Below are positions 30,010 to 39,285 of a stretch of DNA of 64,000 bases, piece after piece. Position numbers and translations under genes: made by a program. Position 1 is the first letter of the stretch. Each line of letters starts with the position of its first letter. Source of the stretch: Candidatus Dojkabacteria bacterium (GTDB lineage: Bacteria; Patescibacteriota; Dojkabacteria; B142; JAFGFJ01). The notes beneath the pieces are model-generated. The model searched no databases. It saw only the letters and a program-made list of their open reading frames with translations, and was not told the origin of the DNA. The stretch covers positions 472,652 through 536,651 of the forward strand of contig JAFGFJ010000006.1 in the NCBI GenBank assembly GCA_016931155.1, read 5' to 3'.

Positions 30010-30987
30010 CTAGTCTTTGGAAAGAACGGGTAATGCGTGTGTGGGACTTCGTCTGTTATCTATATATTTCCTAGACCAGGTTTCCTGGCGTTTTACGTAT
30101 TGTCTGTGTTTCAATTTGATCAGTTTTTTAGTTTCTTCAAGTGTGATTTTTCCTTCAAGATATTTCACGACTTCTTTGTAGCCCATTCCTTTCATTACTT
30201 CAATATTCTTGCCATATTCAGCTAATAACACTCCCGTTTCTTCCACTAGTCCTCTGTCAAACATCTCTTCTACACGCTTATCAATTTTTTTAAATAATGT
30301 TCTTTTGGAGTAAGCCGGTCTCATGTAAACAAAATTATAATTTTTAATAACATTATTCTGAGTTTCGATATTTTTTTTGTATCCCTTAATTATTTCTATT
30401 GCTCTAATTAATCTTCTTGGATTGTTTTTATCGCTATTATTCATTTGTATAAGTTTTTTAGGATCCAGTTTTTTCAATTTATTCATAAGGCTATATGTTG
30501 ATAGTTTTTCTAAATCTTTCCTTAAATTTGTATCGGGTTCTATTTGAGGAATTTCATAGCCTTTTGTAATTGCATCTATATAGAGTCCCGTTCCCCCGAC
30601 AACTATCGGAGTTTTTCCTCTTTTTATTATATTTTCAATAACTTGATAGACCAATTGTTGATATTCATAGAGGGATAATTTTTCATCGGGATTTATGATG
30701 TCAAACAACCACCCCCGGACTTTGTATTTAATCCTTTGTTGAGGTATTCGAAATTTTCTTTTATTGATATTTATCTTTAGTATGCCTTCTGAAAATTCCG
30801 GCAATATTTCAAGCACTTCTGGCTTGTCCGTGCCGATGAATAGTTTATTGTATATCTGTCTTGAGTCTGCATTGATTATTTCTCCATTTATTTTCTTCGC
30901 GAGTTTGATGGCCATTCCAGTCTTTCCGGATGCTGTTGGTCCATAAATTACATAAACTTTACTTTTCTCTGATTTTTCTCTTGACAT
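30010..30987 (-). CDS. miaA: tRNA dimethylallyltransferase MiaA
   Basis: P-loop GPTASGKT, NADSRQIY block. Confidence 0.9.
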   Translation of the reverse strand: MSREKSEKSKVYVIYGPTASGKTGMAIKLAKKINGEIINADSRQIYNKLFIGTDKPEVLEILPEFSEGILKININKRKFRIPQQRIKYKVRGWLFDIINPDEKLSLYEYQQLVYQVIENIIKRGKTPIVVGGTGLYIDAITKGYEIPQIEPDTNLRKDLEKLSTYSLMNKLKKLDPKKLIQMNNSDKNNPRRLIRAIEIIKGYKKNIETQNNVIKNYNFVYMRPAYSKRTLFKKIDKRVEEMFDRGLVEETGVLLAEYGKNIEVMKGMGYKEVVKYLEGKITLEETKKLIKLKHRQYVKRQETWSRKYIDNRRSPTHALPVLSKD

Positions 30988-30990
30988 GTT

Positions 30991-31035
30991 CGGTAAGTTT
31001 TCGGTAGAGTGTAATACGGTTAGTTTTCGGTATCT
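30991..31035 (+). promoter_or_regulatory. Two direct copies of a 16-nt motif (CGGTAAGTTTTCGGTA / CGGTTAGTTTTCGGTA) in the divergent miaA-dinB intergenic region
   Basis: Read directly; the same core recurs at 3542..3560, 33706..33721 and 48760..48802. Confidence 0.35.
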
Positions 31036-31529
31036 GGTGCAAATGAACCTTATGAGTTCCTCAAAACCGAAACAACCTATTTTTCACCACTGTCCTGTCT
31101 CGTATTTTGTATACGGGACAGGACGCTTTAAAGATTTTGAATGTACGAAAAGATCCATCAAAAGGTCGATGTGCAGGTGATATTTCTTAAAGATAGACCG
31201 GTTGTCAGAAGTTTCATCTGGAAAAACAGCCATTATCCTATCTCTTCGGTTAATCTTATCACCAGAGCAAGTAAAGGCCAAATGCCAGTGTTTCTATTTT
31301 CTGTTTCAAATGAGAAAGGGGCTTATGAACTCCGTTTTGACACTGACAATCTTGCGTGGTGGCTTGAGCAAATTTATTATAAATAAAAATTACATACTTA
31401 TTTGTACGTAATGGAACTATTTTGGTGGGGAAATTGATCTACTGAGAGTTAGGCATCAAGAGCAAGACCAAGGTTTATTTTGCGGAGAGTCTTAAACAGG
31501 GAAGGTTCAACTAATGGAAGTTACATTCA

Positions 31530-32876
31530 ATGACATCAGGATATTTAGTAAAACAGAACAAATTTATACTTCATATAGATATGAATTCTTTTTTTGCATC
31601 CGTTGAACAGCAGGCAAATCCTTTTATTCGTGGGAAGCCTGTTGGTGTTGCTCATTCCGGTTATGAGGGAGCGGCTATCTTGGCCGCCTCTTATGAGGCG
31701 AAGGCTTGTGGAGTTGGTACGGGAACCAGAGTTTTTGAGGCCAGGAAGATATGTCCTGGTCTGATTATTGTCCCTTTAGATACTACAAAGTATTATGCAG
31801 TCAATAGACAGTTTGTGAAAATTCTCAAAGACTATACACCACAGGTCGAAATCTATAGTATTGATGAGGCTTTTCTCGATGTTACTAAAACTGAAGACCT
31901 TTTTGGTGGAGCTTATAATATTGCTCAAAGAATCAAAGAAAGAATAAAAGGTGAAATAGGGGAGTATCTTACTTGTTCTATTGGTATTGCTCCGAATAAA
32001 CTTCTTGCTAAAGTCGGATCGAATTTTAAGAAACCTGACGGACTTACTATTATCAAATGGGAGGAAAGATTCAAATTTCTTGATCAAATGGGATTGGAAA
32101 GAGTTTGGGGAATTGGGAGGCGGGTTGGAAGAAAGATGGGAAAGATTGGAATAAAATCTCTTCGTGAGATCAGGAAAATGGAGGATTGCGAACTAAGAAG
32201 CCTTGTGGGTGGGTATTATACGAGGCTCCGGCTTATTGCTAATGGAGAGCATTTCGAGGAAGTAAAAACCGACGTTTCCAAAAAAATACCAAAATCTATG
32301 CAACATGCTCATACCTTGTCAGATGCCAGTTCTAATTCTGCTGAACTTTTGAGTATTATGAGAAAACAGGCAGAGAGACTGGCAAGAAGACTTCGGAGAA
32401 GGGGGATGAAGGCGAAAAGGGTTTATTTGGCTATGATTCCTTCAGGACTTAGGCATTATGGATGGAATACCGAAGTACATAATTTTGGCTTTTTAAAGAT
32501 GGATCACTATACAGATGATGGGTATGAGGTATATAAGGCAGGAGAGATAATCTTTAATAGAATAGTCTTTTGCGATAACGTAGGCAATAAAATAGCTCTG
32601 AATGGAGACGGGAAGATAAGGCAGTTGATTATAGGAGTTTCTGATTTCTTGAATGCTGACAATCTCGAACTCCCTATGTCGTTGTTTGGAGAAGGAGTAG
32701 TGGCAGGATTTAAATTAAAATCAGAATTAAAAGAAAGAATAAATAGGGCTTTTGACAAGATAAATGATAAATATGGTGAATTTACCCTAAGAACTGGAGA
32801 TATTCTCTATCAATTTGTAAAAGAAAAAGAACTTGATGTCGAGAGGGAGCAGATGATGTTTCATCCTGGAATTTAA
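31530..32876 (+). CDS. dinB: Y-family DNA polymerase IV
   Basis: ILHIDMNSFFASVEQ catalytic N-terminus and EAFLDVT palm motif. Confidence 0.85.
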   Translation: MTSGYLVKQNKFILHIDMNSFFASVEQQANPFIRGKPVGVAHSGYEGAAILAASYEAKACGVGTGTRVFEARKICPGLIIVPLDTTKYYAVNRQFVKILKDYTPQVEIYSIDEAFLDVTKTEDLFGGAYNIAQRIKERIKGEIGEYLTCSIGIAPNKLLAKVGSNFKKPDGLTIIKWEERFKFLDQMGLERVWGIGRRVGRKMGKIGIKSLREIRKMEDCELRSLVGGYYTRLRLIANGEHFEEVKTDVSKKIPKSMQHAHTLSDASSNSAELLSIMRKQAERLARRLRRRGMKAKRVYLAMIPSGLRHYGWNTEVHNFGFLKMDHYTDDGYEVYKAGEIIFNRIVFCDNVGNKIALNGDGKIRQLIIGVSDFLNADNLELPMSLFGEGVVAGFKLKSELKERINRAFDKINDKYGEFTLRTGDILYQFVKEKELDVEREQMMFHPGI

Positions 32877-32915
32877 TTGTGATATAATGCCGACATTTTA
32901 AAGATATTTTGTTCT

Positions 32916-33569
32916 ATGGGCGCACTTTGCAGCGATTTCAATATTCCTGAACCGATGTGGCCATATGCTGGCAATGTGTTTCCTGATTTGGACGAAAGAT
33001 CAAGTAGATCAGCAGGAGAAAGGAATGGTAATGTAAACCCGGAAGAAGACTTTTTTGCAGGGGGAATCTTGAGGAAGTTAATTTTTCTTAGCAAGGGGAC
33101 TACAGTTAATATGCTTTTGGCAAGTGAAATTTTGCGAAAGGAAAGTCTGCCGTTCTTCTATTTTCGTATTGTAGACAATCTGGTTGATATTGCATTTCAT
33201 AAGATGGTATTGGAAGAGGGCAAGTACTATCCTCTGTATGATTTTACTCCAAATCCAGCTGAATACCCGGATAAAGAATTTGTTCCCTCACTTCTTGTAG
33301 GGTATGAGGTTTATTTTAGAAGGATTCAAGAAAATGCGGGGATGAGTAATTTGGATATGAGTGAACTCTGTGGTGATCTTGAAGGAATGTTTAAGTTTTG
33401 CTGCAATGTTTTGGGTTACGAACAGGGGAAAAATATAGAGGCGAGCGATCGTGTTGGTGTTCTGTTACTAGAAGCTAATGTTAGATTTGTTTGTCAAATA
33501 GGCGATATTGCTAAAGCCCGGGAATCTGCGAAAGGAATGGACTTGGGATCAGAATCTGGAACACAATAA
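32916..33569 (+). CDS. hypothetical protein
   Basis: 217-aa ORF; no motif recognised. Confidence 0.4.
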   Translation: MGALCSDFNIPEPMWPYAGNVFPDLDERSSRSAGERNGNVNPEEDFFAGGILRKLIFLSKGTTVNMLLASEILRKESLPFFYFRIVDNLVDIAFHKMVLEEGKYYPLYDFTPNPAEYPDKEFVPSLLVGYEVYFRRIQENAGMSNLDMSELCGDLEGMFKFCCNVLGYEQGKNIEASDRVGVLLLEANVRFVCQIGDIAKARESAKGMDLGSESGTQ

Positions 33570-33705
33570 ACTCTATTCTTCTTAAGAATTTTAATAATTT
33601 TTTAATCTTTCTTCTGTATAATTTTTCAGTTTCAAATTTATTCCAGAACTGCAAATCTTGAGGTACGAGAGATTTGCAGAAGGGAATAGAGTGCCAAAGG
33701 AGTAC

Positions 33706-33721
33706 AGTACCGAAAAGTACT
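33706..33721 (+). promoter_or_regulatory. Palindrome AGTACcgaaaaGTACT about 42 bp upstream of ssb; contains the TACCGAAAA (reverse of TTTTCGGTA) core
   Basis: Read directly. Confidence 0.35.
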
Positions 33722-33762
33722 ATTGCCCGAGGTATTAATACTTTATTTATTATTTAACCCTC

Positions 33763-34107
33763 ATGTATCTACAACAGCTTTTGCTTGTTGGTCGAGCTAC
33801 TAAGGACGGTAAAGTTCACAACTCAAAAAAAGGCAAGAAATTTGGAACCTTTTCTCTTGCTGTAAACCGCTATATTGAAAAGGCGGACAACAAAAAAGGT
33901 TCTAGCAAAGAAGAGAAAAAGGAAGAAACAACCTTTTATGAAATTGTAAGTTTCGGGAAAAAAGGAGAAGCAGTATCAGAAAGGATAAGAAAAGGGGAAC
34001 TGATTGTCGTTACAGGGAGACCAGCTGCTGAGGCTTATCTTTCGAAAGACGGAGAGGCAAAAGCACAGCTAAAGGTCGTTGCAAGAGATTGGTATGTGAT
34101 TAAGTAA
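33763..34107 (+). CDS. ssb: single-stranded DNA-binding protein, short form without acidic C-terminal tail
   Basis: OB-fold pattern LLVGRATKD...FSLAVNR...FYEIVSFGKKGE...KGELIVVTGR...AQLKVVA; 114 aa. Confidence 0.75.
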   Translation: MYLQQLLLVGRATKDGKVHNSKKGKKFGTFSLAVNRYIEKADNKKGSSKEEKKEETTFYEIVSFGKKGEAVSERIRKGELIVVTGRPAAEAYLSKDGEAKAQLKVVARDWYVIK

Positions 34108-34176
34108 ACGATAACTTCACTTAAGAAGTATATGGTTAATTGATTGTTTGTTTGGAAAGTCAGGAGGTTCGCGTAC

Positions 34177-34210
34177 GCCCTGTATCTGGAAGATGCAGGG
34201 CTTATTTTTT
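34177..34210 (+). terminator. Rho-independent terminator downstream of ssb
   Basis: GCCCTG-13 nt-CAGGGC hairpin followed by TTATTTTTT. Confidence 0.45.
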
Positions 34211-35776
34211 AGGTTTCTTGATAGATTCGTTTTTTGCTCGAACTAGAGTACTGTTGTCAATGTATTTTTCGATATCTTTGTAGATTTCTCTTGTTGTGTC
34301 TTCGAGCTCGGACTTCAATGACGGGAAAGGTACTCCTTCTTTTGCAGTAACATTTTCAAAAAACCAGAATACTCTTTCACTATGACCATAACCAACTGCC
34401 GGAGGCATCCCGTATTCAAGCATTTCAACGTAGTCAATGTCCATCATCTGTGCCTCGTCGTCACCCGCCTCCCTAAGCTTTTGCTGATCAACAAACCTCT
34501 CCAGTTGATCAACCGGATCATTCAGCTCAGACCAGGCATTTGCAAGTTCACTTCCGGCGATTATCGGTTGGAACCTGTCTACAATATTCGAATTTTCTGC
34601 ATTACTTTTTGAAAGGGGAGATAAAAATTTTGGCACTCCAAGCAGAAATGCCGGTCCTCCTATATCTTTCCTGATTAATTTCCAGAGATTATCTACAACT
34701 CTATTTCTGTTTATATCCTTTCCCAGGTCAACTCCTTCTTTTTTCAAAACCGAGTTCATTTTTTCCACTGGGTCTTTGAAAATATCGATCTTAAACCGTT
34801 TGCTCATAAGATTAACAAAATCAAGTATTTCCCATTCTTTATCGAGGTCAATTTGGAAGCCTCTAATCTCGAAATTCAGTTTGCCGTATACTTCTTTCAT
34901 TACGTATTTAAACATTTCCTGTGTAAGCTTCATGCCGTCACGGAAATCTGCGTAAGCCCAATACCATTCGATAGCAACATGTTCAGGCAAGTGCTCGTCA
35001 CTAAATCCCTCATTTCTGAACCTTGCTCCGATGTCGTAGACTTTTTCAAATCCTCCTCCGATGAGCCTTTTTAGTGGAAGCTCATGCGAAATTCTTAAAT
35101 ATAAATCCTGGTCAAGTGCATCAAAATGTGTAATAAAAGGTTTGGCATCAGCTCCACCTGTTACATGCTCAAGAACCGGAATATTAACCTCAATAAACCC
35201 GTTCTTATTTAAAAAAGCTCTTGTGGCCTGCCAGAACTTTGATCTCCTTTCAAACCTTTCTCTCACTTCGGGGTTCATTGTCATGTCAAGGTATCTTCTC
35301 CTGAAACGCTCTTCTACATCTGTTATTCCATGCCATTTTTCGGGAAGAGGCCTTAAAGTCTTGCTTAAAAGTTTAATCTGAGAAGGAAGAATTGAAATTT
35401 CTCCTCTTTGTGTTTTTGTAATTTCCCCGTTAGCCTCGATAAAATCACCAACATCAAGAAGTCCAAGATCAGAGAATCCCAAAGTCTGTTTCTCTTTTGA
35501 AGTTTTTTCCAGTACTTCATCTTTTACATAGAGCTGAATTCTTCCGGATTCATCCTGGATATGTGCAAAGACAATATGTCCATGTTCTCTCCATGACATG
35601 ATCCTTCCGACTAGAGAAACTTTTTTCCCTTCATATTTTGGGAAATTTTCAACAATCTCCTTGTTTAAAAAATCTTTCCTGCCTTTTGAAGGGTAAGGAT
35701 TTATTCCAAGCTTTCGAAGTAAATTGATCTTCTCAAGCCTTATTTTTCTGATTTGAGCGAGTGTGCTTTCTGACAT
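34202..35776 (-). CDS. lysS: lysyl-tRNA synthetase (class II)
   Basis: N-terminal OB domain, class II motifs, C-terminal GMPPAVGYG. Confidence 0.9.
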   Translation of the reverse strand: MSESTLAQIRKIRLEKINLLRKLGINPYPSKGRKDFLNKEIVENFPKYEGKKVSLVGRIMSWREHGHIVFAHIQDESGRIQLYVKDEVLEKTSKEKQTLGFSDLGLLDVGDFIEANGEITKTQRGEISILPSQIKLLSKTLRPLPEKWHGITDVEERFRRRYLDMTMNPEVRERFERRSKFWQATRAFLNKNGFIEVNIPVLEHVTGGADAKPFITHFDALDQDLYLRISHELPLKRLIGGGFEKVYDIGARFRNEGFSDEHLPEHVAIEWYWAYADFRDGMKLTQEMFKYVMKEVYGKLNFEIRGFQIDLDKEWEILDFVNLMSKRFKIDIFKDPVEKMNSVLKKEGVDLGKDINRNRVVDNLWKLIRKDIGGPAFLLGVPKFLSPLSKSNAENSNIVDRFQPIIAGSELANAWSELNDPVDQLERFVDQQKLREAGDDEAQMMDIDYVEMLEYGMPPAVGYGHSERVFWFFENVTAKEGVPFPSLKSELEDTTREIYKDIEKYIDNSTLVRAKNESIKKPKK

Positions 35777-35895
35777 TGAAATAATTTAATCTGGCTTATT
35801 ATACAGAGGTTTGAAATTATATTAAATAACAAGATTTGTTTAGAAATAGTCTTACCTATGAGAGCTAAAGTGGAGGTCTAATTCTCTTAGCAGTG

Positions 35896-36783
35896 CTAAT
35901 CAATACTTTTCAGGTCTGCGTCTTTATCTGAAATTACCGAAAGAAACATACCTGCAACTATTATAAGTCCGCCGATGGCCTGAGTGAGCACAAATTCTTC
36001 ATTTCCAAGGGTCCAGCCTATAACTGCTCCAATTATACTTTGGAAAAGAACAATTATGCTTACTACAATAGGATTTGCTCTTCCCTGTGTCCACATCTGC
36101 ACGATAAGTCCCAGACCCATAGAGATAAGAGCTATGTATAGAAATGCTCCGATATTTCCAGCGTTTAATTCAGGAAGGTGAAAGTTCCCATAAAAAGTGG
36201 TAAGGAAAAACCCGATCACTGCACAAACCAGCATCTGCCAAAAAACAAAAGAGAGAACATTTACCTTGGAGTCCAGGTTTCTATCCGAGCATATAACATG
36301 GAAGGCTCCAATCATGGATGAGAGTATGAGAACTATATCTCCTATGTCCAGTTTCCCCAAACCCCCTGTTATAAGCCACATACCAGCAGTTGCGAGAACT
36401 GCGGCAATTATTCTTCCTTTAGACATTTTTGCTTTGAAGAAGAGTATTTCATAAAGGGTCACAAATATTGTTGTTGTTCCCACAAGAAAGGCCGCATTTA
36501 CAGAAGTCGAGAGATTGAGTCCTAAATTTAAAAGATAGTTACTTGCTGCAAGCAAAGCCCCTGCAAAAATACCCCCAGCAATCAATTTTTTATTTCTAAT
36601 TTCCCTGCCTGCAAATGGAAGCAGAATAATGGTGAGAAGTGCAAATCTGCTGAAATGAAGCAAATACACATTTATTTCGGTCTGGAGTCCTTTTGTGATA
36701 AGAAAATAGCTTCCCCAGACTACCTGCATAAGGAGAAGGGGAAGTAAACTCAAATAGCTTTTTAACTGGATTTTTCTACTCAT
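35896..36783 (-). CDS. EamA/DMT family transporter
   Basis: Ten predicted TM helices in two repeated halves. Confidence 0.75.
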   Translation of the reverse strand: MSRKIQLKSYLSLLPLLLMQVVWGSYFLITKGLQTEINVYLLHFSRFALLTIILLPFAGREIRNKKLIAGGIFAGALLAASNYLLNLGLNLSTSVNAAFLVGTTTIFVTLYEILFFKAKMSKGRIIAAVLATAGMWLITGGLGKLDIGDIVLILSSMIGAFHVICSDRNLDSKVNVLSFVFWQMLVCAVIGFFLTTFYGNFHLPELNAGNIGAFLYIALISMGLGLIVQMWTQGRANPIVVSIIVLFQSIIGAVIGWTLGNEEFVLTQAIGGLIIVAGMFLSVISDKDADLKSID

Positions 36784-36798
36784 TTTGATATTAATGGG

Positions 36799-37758
36799 TT
36801 ATTTTGTTGACTCTATCCTTACCCAGGTTTTTTCGAAACTCTTTTCTTTGAATTTTCTTTCAAACCAGATCTGTATCCATAGAAAAAGTCTAATCGGGTA
36901 GAGGAAAATTGCCCAAGTAAATTGCTTCAGATTTCTAGAATATTTTACAGGGAACCAGAAATACTCTATTTCGTGCCAAAAAGAACGGGATTTTGTTTCT
37001 GGTTTTACAATGTTATATTTCCAGAGTTGAATAAACCCGCCGAGAGATCTCTTCTTTTGTTTGAAATAATCAGAAAGGCTAGAAGCATATTTGACGTATG
37101 CTTTCACCTCTGGCTGATAAGCAATTCTGTAACCTCTATTAAAAAGAGAGTAAGAAATGAATGCGTCATCAGAGAGTACGTCTTGAGGAAGCTCCAGTTT
37201 AATGTTTCTGATTGCCATGGCATAACCACTCATTGGGAAAAACTTTCTTTTCTTTACAATTTTTGTTCCAAAACCTTGTGCATTTTCAGTGAGATCTATC
37301 ATTCTTTTGTGGTGTGCGGCGTCAGCTAGAAGATTTCCGTAGAAGCCCATCGGACTTTCATCCGAATCCGCTGATACCGGTCGTCCGCTTACCCCTCCTA
37401 TTTTCTCGTCTGTGAAAACTTCGAGAAAGTTTTTTACTGAATTGGGGCTTAAGTACACATCCCCGTCTGTAAGCACTAGAATCTCCCCTTTCGCTTCTTT
37501 GAAAGCAATATTAAGTGCCACTGGTTTCCCTTTTCCCGGGTCTTTTATGATTTTGTAGTACTGCGGATTTTTGGTGTTTCTTGTAAGACCCAGTTTTTTA
37601 AAAGCGGCTTTTCCTGCGTTTATTGTTTCGTTGTCCGGCGAGAGTTGTATCACCTCAAATTCTTCCGGAAGCTCGTTAATCTTTGGATCAAGCAGAGATT
37701 TTATTGCATTACCGATAGTTTTTGGTTCCTTCCATCCGGTGATGATGATTGAAATCAT
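36799..37758 (-). CDS. family 2 glycosyltransferase
   Basis: N-terminal IIITGWKEP...LVLTDGD (DxD) GT-A fold signatures. Confidence 0.75.
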   Translation of the reverse strand: MISIIITGWKEPKTIGNAIKSLLDPKINELPEEFEVIQLSPDNETINAGKAAFKKLGLTRNTKNPQYYKIIKDPGKGKPVALNIAFKEAKGEILVLTDGDVYLSPNSVKNFLEVFTDEKIGGVSGRPVSADSDESPMGFYGNLLADAAHHKRMIDLTENAQGFGTKIVKKRKFFPMSGYAMAIRNIKLELPQDVLSDDAFISYSLFNRGYRIAYQPEVKAYVKYASSLSDYFKQKKRSLGGFIQLWKYNIVKPETKSRSFWHEIEYFWFPVKYSRNLKQFTWAIFLYPIRLFLWIQIWFERKFKEKSFEKTWVRIESTK

Positions 37759-37929
37759 TTCTATAAATGTTTTTGAGCTAACGGCGAATCAATTTCTATC
37801 CTTTTTTAGAAAGAATAATTGATAGAAACATGGGGTCATTATAAACCAGTTTGAAACTTTAGAGTAGATTTATATATTTATATTTATTCATTTCTCTATA
37901 TTGTGACAATCAATCTGCAGAAGCTGGAG

Positions 37930-38535
37930 TTATTTTGCAAGTTGACTTTGGATCAGCTTCATTGCTTCGATTACAAATTGCAAATGCTTGTCAAAATCTA
38001 TACCCAGCTCTTCAGCTCCTTTATATATTTCCTCTCTATTCACTTGTGCGGCAAAAGCTTTATCTTTTAATTTCTTTTTTACTGATTTTGGCTCGATATC
38101 TGCTATACCGTTTGGTCTAACGTATGAGACTGCCATGATAAATCCTGTGATTTCGTCACAGGCGTAGAGGGCTTTGTCCATCAGCGTTTTTCTCTCTGTA
38201 AATCTTGGGTTACCATCCTTGTCCAGGTACTGCTCGCTCATATCTCCGTGACCCGCTACGGCTTGTGCTATTTCCTCTTCTCCTTTTTCTCTAAGTAAAG
38301 CAACTATTTTTTTAGGATGCTCATCTGGGAAGCTGTCCCAGTCAGCATCATGTAGCAGTCCGGCAATTCCCCATTTTTCTTCATCTTTACCGAATTTCCT
38401 GGCGTAAGATCTCATACACTCTTCAACAGCAAGCATATGTTTCTTTGAAAAAGGCTTTGTAGACCACGTATCTAAAATTTTTAAAGCCTCATCTCGTGTC
38501 ATGACAGTAATATGATAATAATTATTATTTAACAA
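37930..38535 (-). CDS. HD-domain phosphohydrolase
   Basis: GLLHDADW ... GHGD metal-binding motifs. Confidence 0.7.
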   Translation of the reverse strand: MLNNNYYHITVMTRDEALKILDTWSTKPFSKKHMLAVEECMRSYARKFGKDEEKWGIAGLLHDADWDSFPDEHPKKIVALLREKGEEEIAQAVAGHGDMSEQYLDKDGNPRFTERKTLMDKALYACDEITGFIMAVSYVRPNGIADIEPKSVKKKLKDKAFAAQVNREEIYKGAEELGIDFDKHLQFVIEAMKLIQSQLAK

Positions 38536-38947
38536 ATCCGGTAATTTTATCCAGTACCTTTTTTCCTTCTTCAGATGTCAGTATCTTGTCTGGAGCAGGA
38601 AAACTATTGAGAAGATCATGGAGACCCCCACTGAAATTTGTAGGCAGAGGATAAAGTTTTATATGCATGTGGTCAACATCAAGTCCTTCTATTATTTCTA
38701 GGACTCTTGGTGAATTTAGAGATTTTCTCAGAGTGCTGGAAATAGTTTTTGCTATTAAAATTCCTTTCTTCAAGATTTCATCAGGAACCTCGTCGAAATT
38801 GCTTGAAATATGTTCTTTACTAATCACTAAGACCTGTCCTTCAATGCGGGGAAAGGCGTCAAGAATCACTGCAAAATTTTCATTTTCAATGATTTTGAAA
38901 CTTGGAATCTCGCCCTTTACTATTTTACAGAAAATGCAATCGTCCAT
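38525..38947 (-). CDS. HIT family hydrolase
   Basis: CIFCKI N-terminus; histidine triad DVDHMHIKLYP. Confidence 0.85.
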   Translation of the reverse strand: MDDCIFCKIVKGEIPSFKIIENENFAVILDAFPRIEGQVLVISKEHISSNFDEVPDEILKKGILIAKTISSTLRKSLNSPRVLEIIEGLDVDHMHIKLYPLPTNFSGGLHDLLNSFPAPDKILTSEEGKKVLDKITGFVK

Positions 38948-38958
38948 AATTTACTATC

Positions 38959-39273
38959 TTAATAATTATTTTTTTGTTTTTCATCCCATTCCTTTTTCAA
39001 CTCCTTCAACTTCCACATAAAAATTTTTCCTTTGTTTCTTGCTTTGGGGTAGTCCATAGAAAATGATACTGCTTCTTCGAGCAGTCTTCTATCCTCACTT
39101 TTAGCAAGTTTAATGTATAAAGCCTTGTGTGCCAAGTCGCCCAGCTTTATTGCAAGTCTGTAGCCAAAATCCTGAAACTCCCGGGTGACGTATTTCAGGT
39201 TTTTCTTCTTTTCTTCAAGAAAATCATGGGAGAGTAGAATGTCTTTTGCGGACTTTACTTTTCTTCTTTTCAT
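38959..39273 (-). CDS. hypothetical protein
   Basis: 104-aa basic ORF; no motif recognised. Confidence 0.4.
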   Translation of the reverse strand: MKRRKVKSAKDILLSHDFLEEKKKNLKYVTREFQDFGYRLAIKLGDLAHKALYIKLAKSEDRRLLEEAVSFSMDYPKARNKGKIFMWKLKELKKEWDEKQKNNY

Positions 39274-39285
39274 TTCTTGAGTATA

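Noticed and set aside
33650-33681. 10-bp inverted repeat CTGCAAATCT...AGATTTGCAG upstream of ssb as a terminator
   Set aside because: No T-run follows, and it sits inside a promoter region. Kept only as a possible protein-binding palindrome, not annotated.
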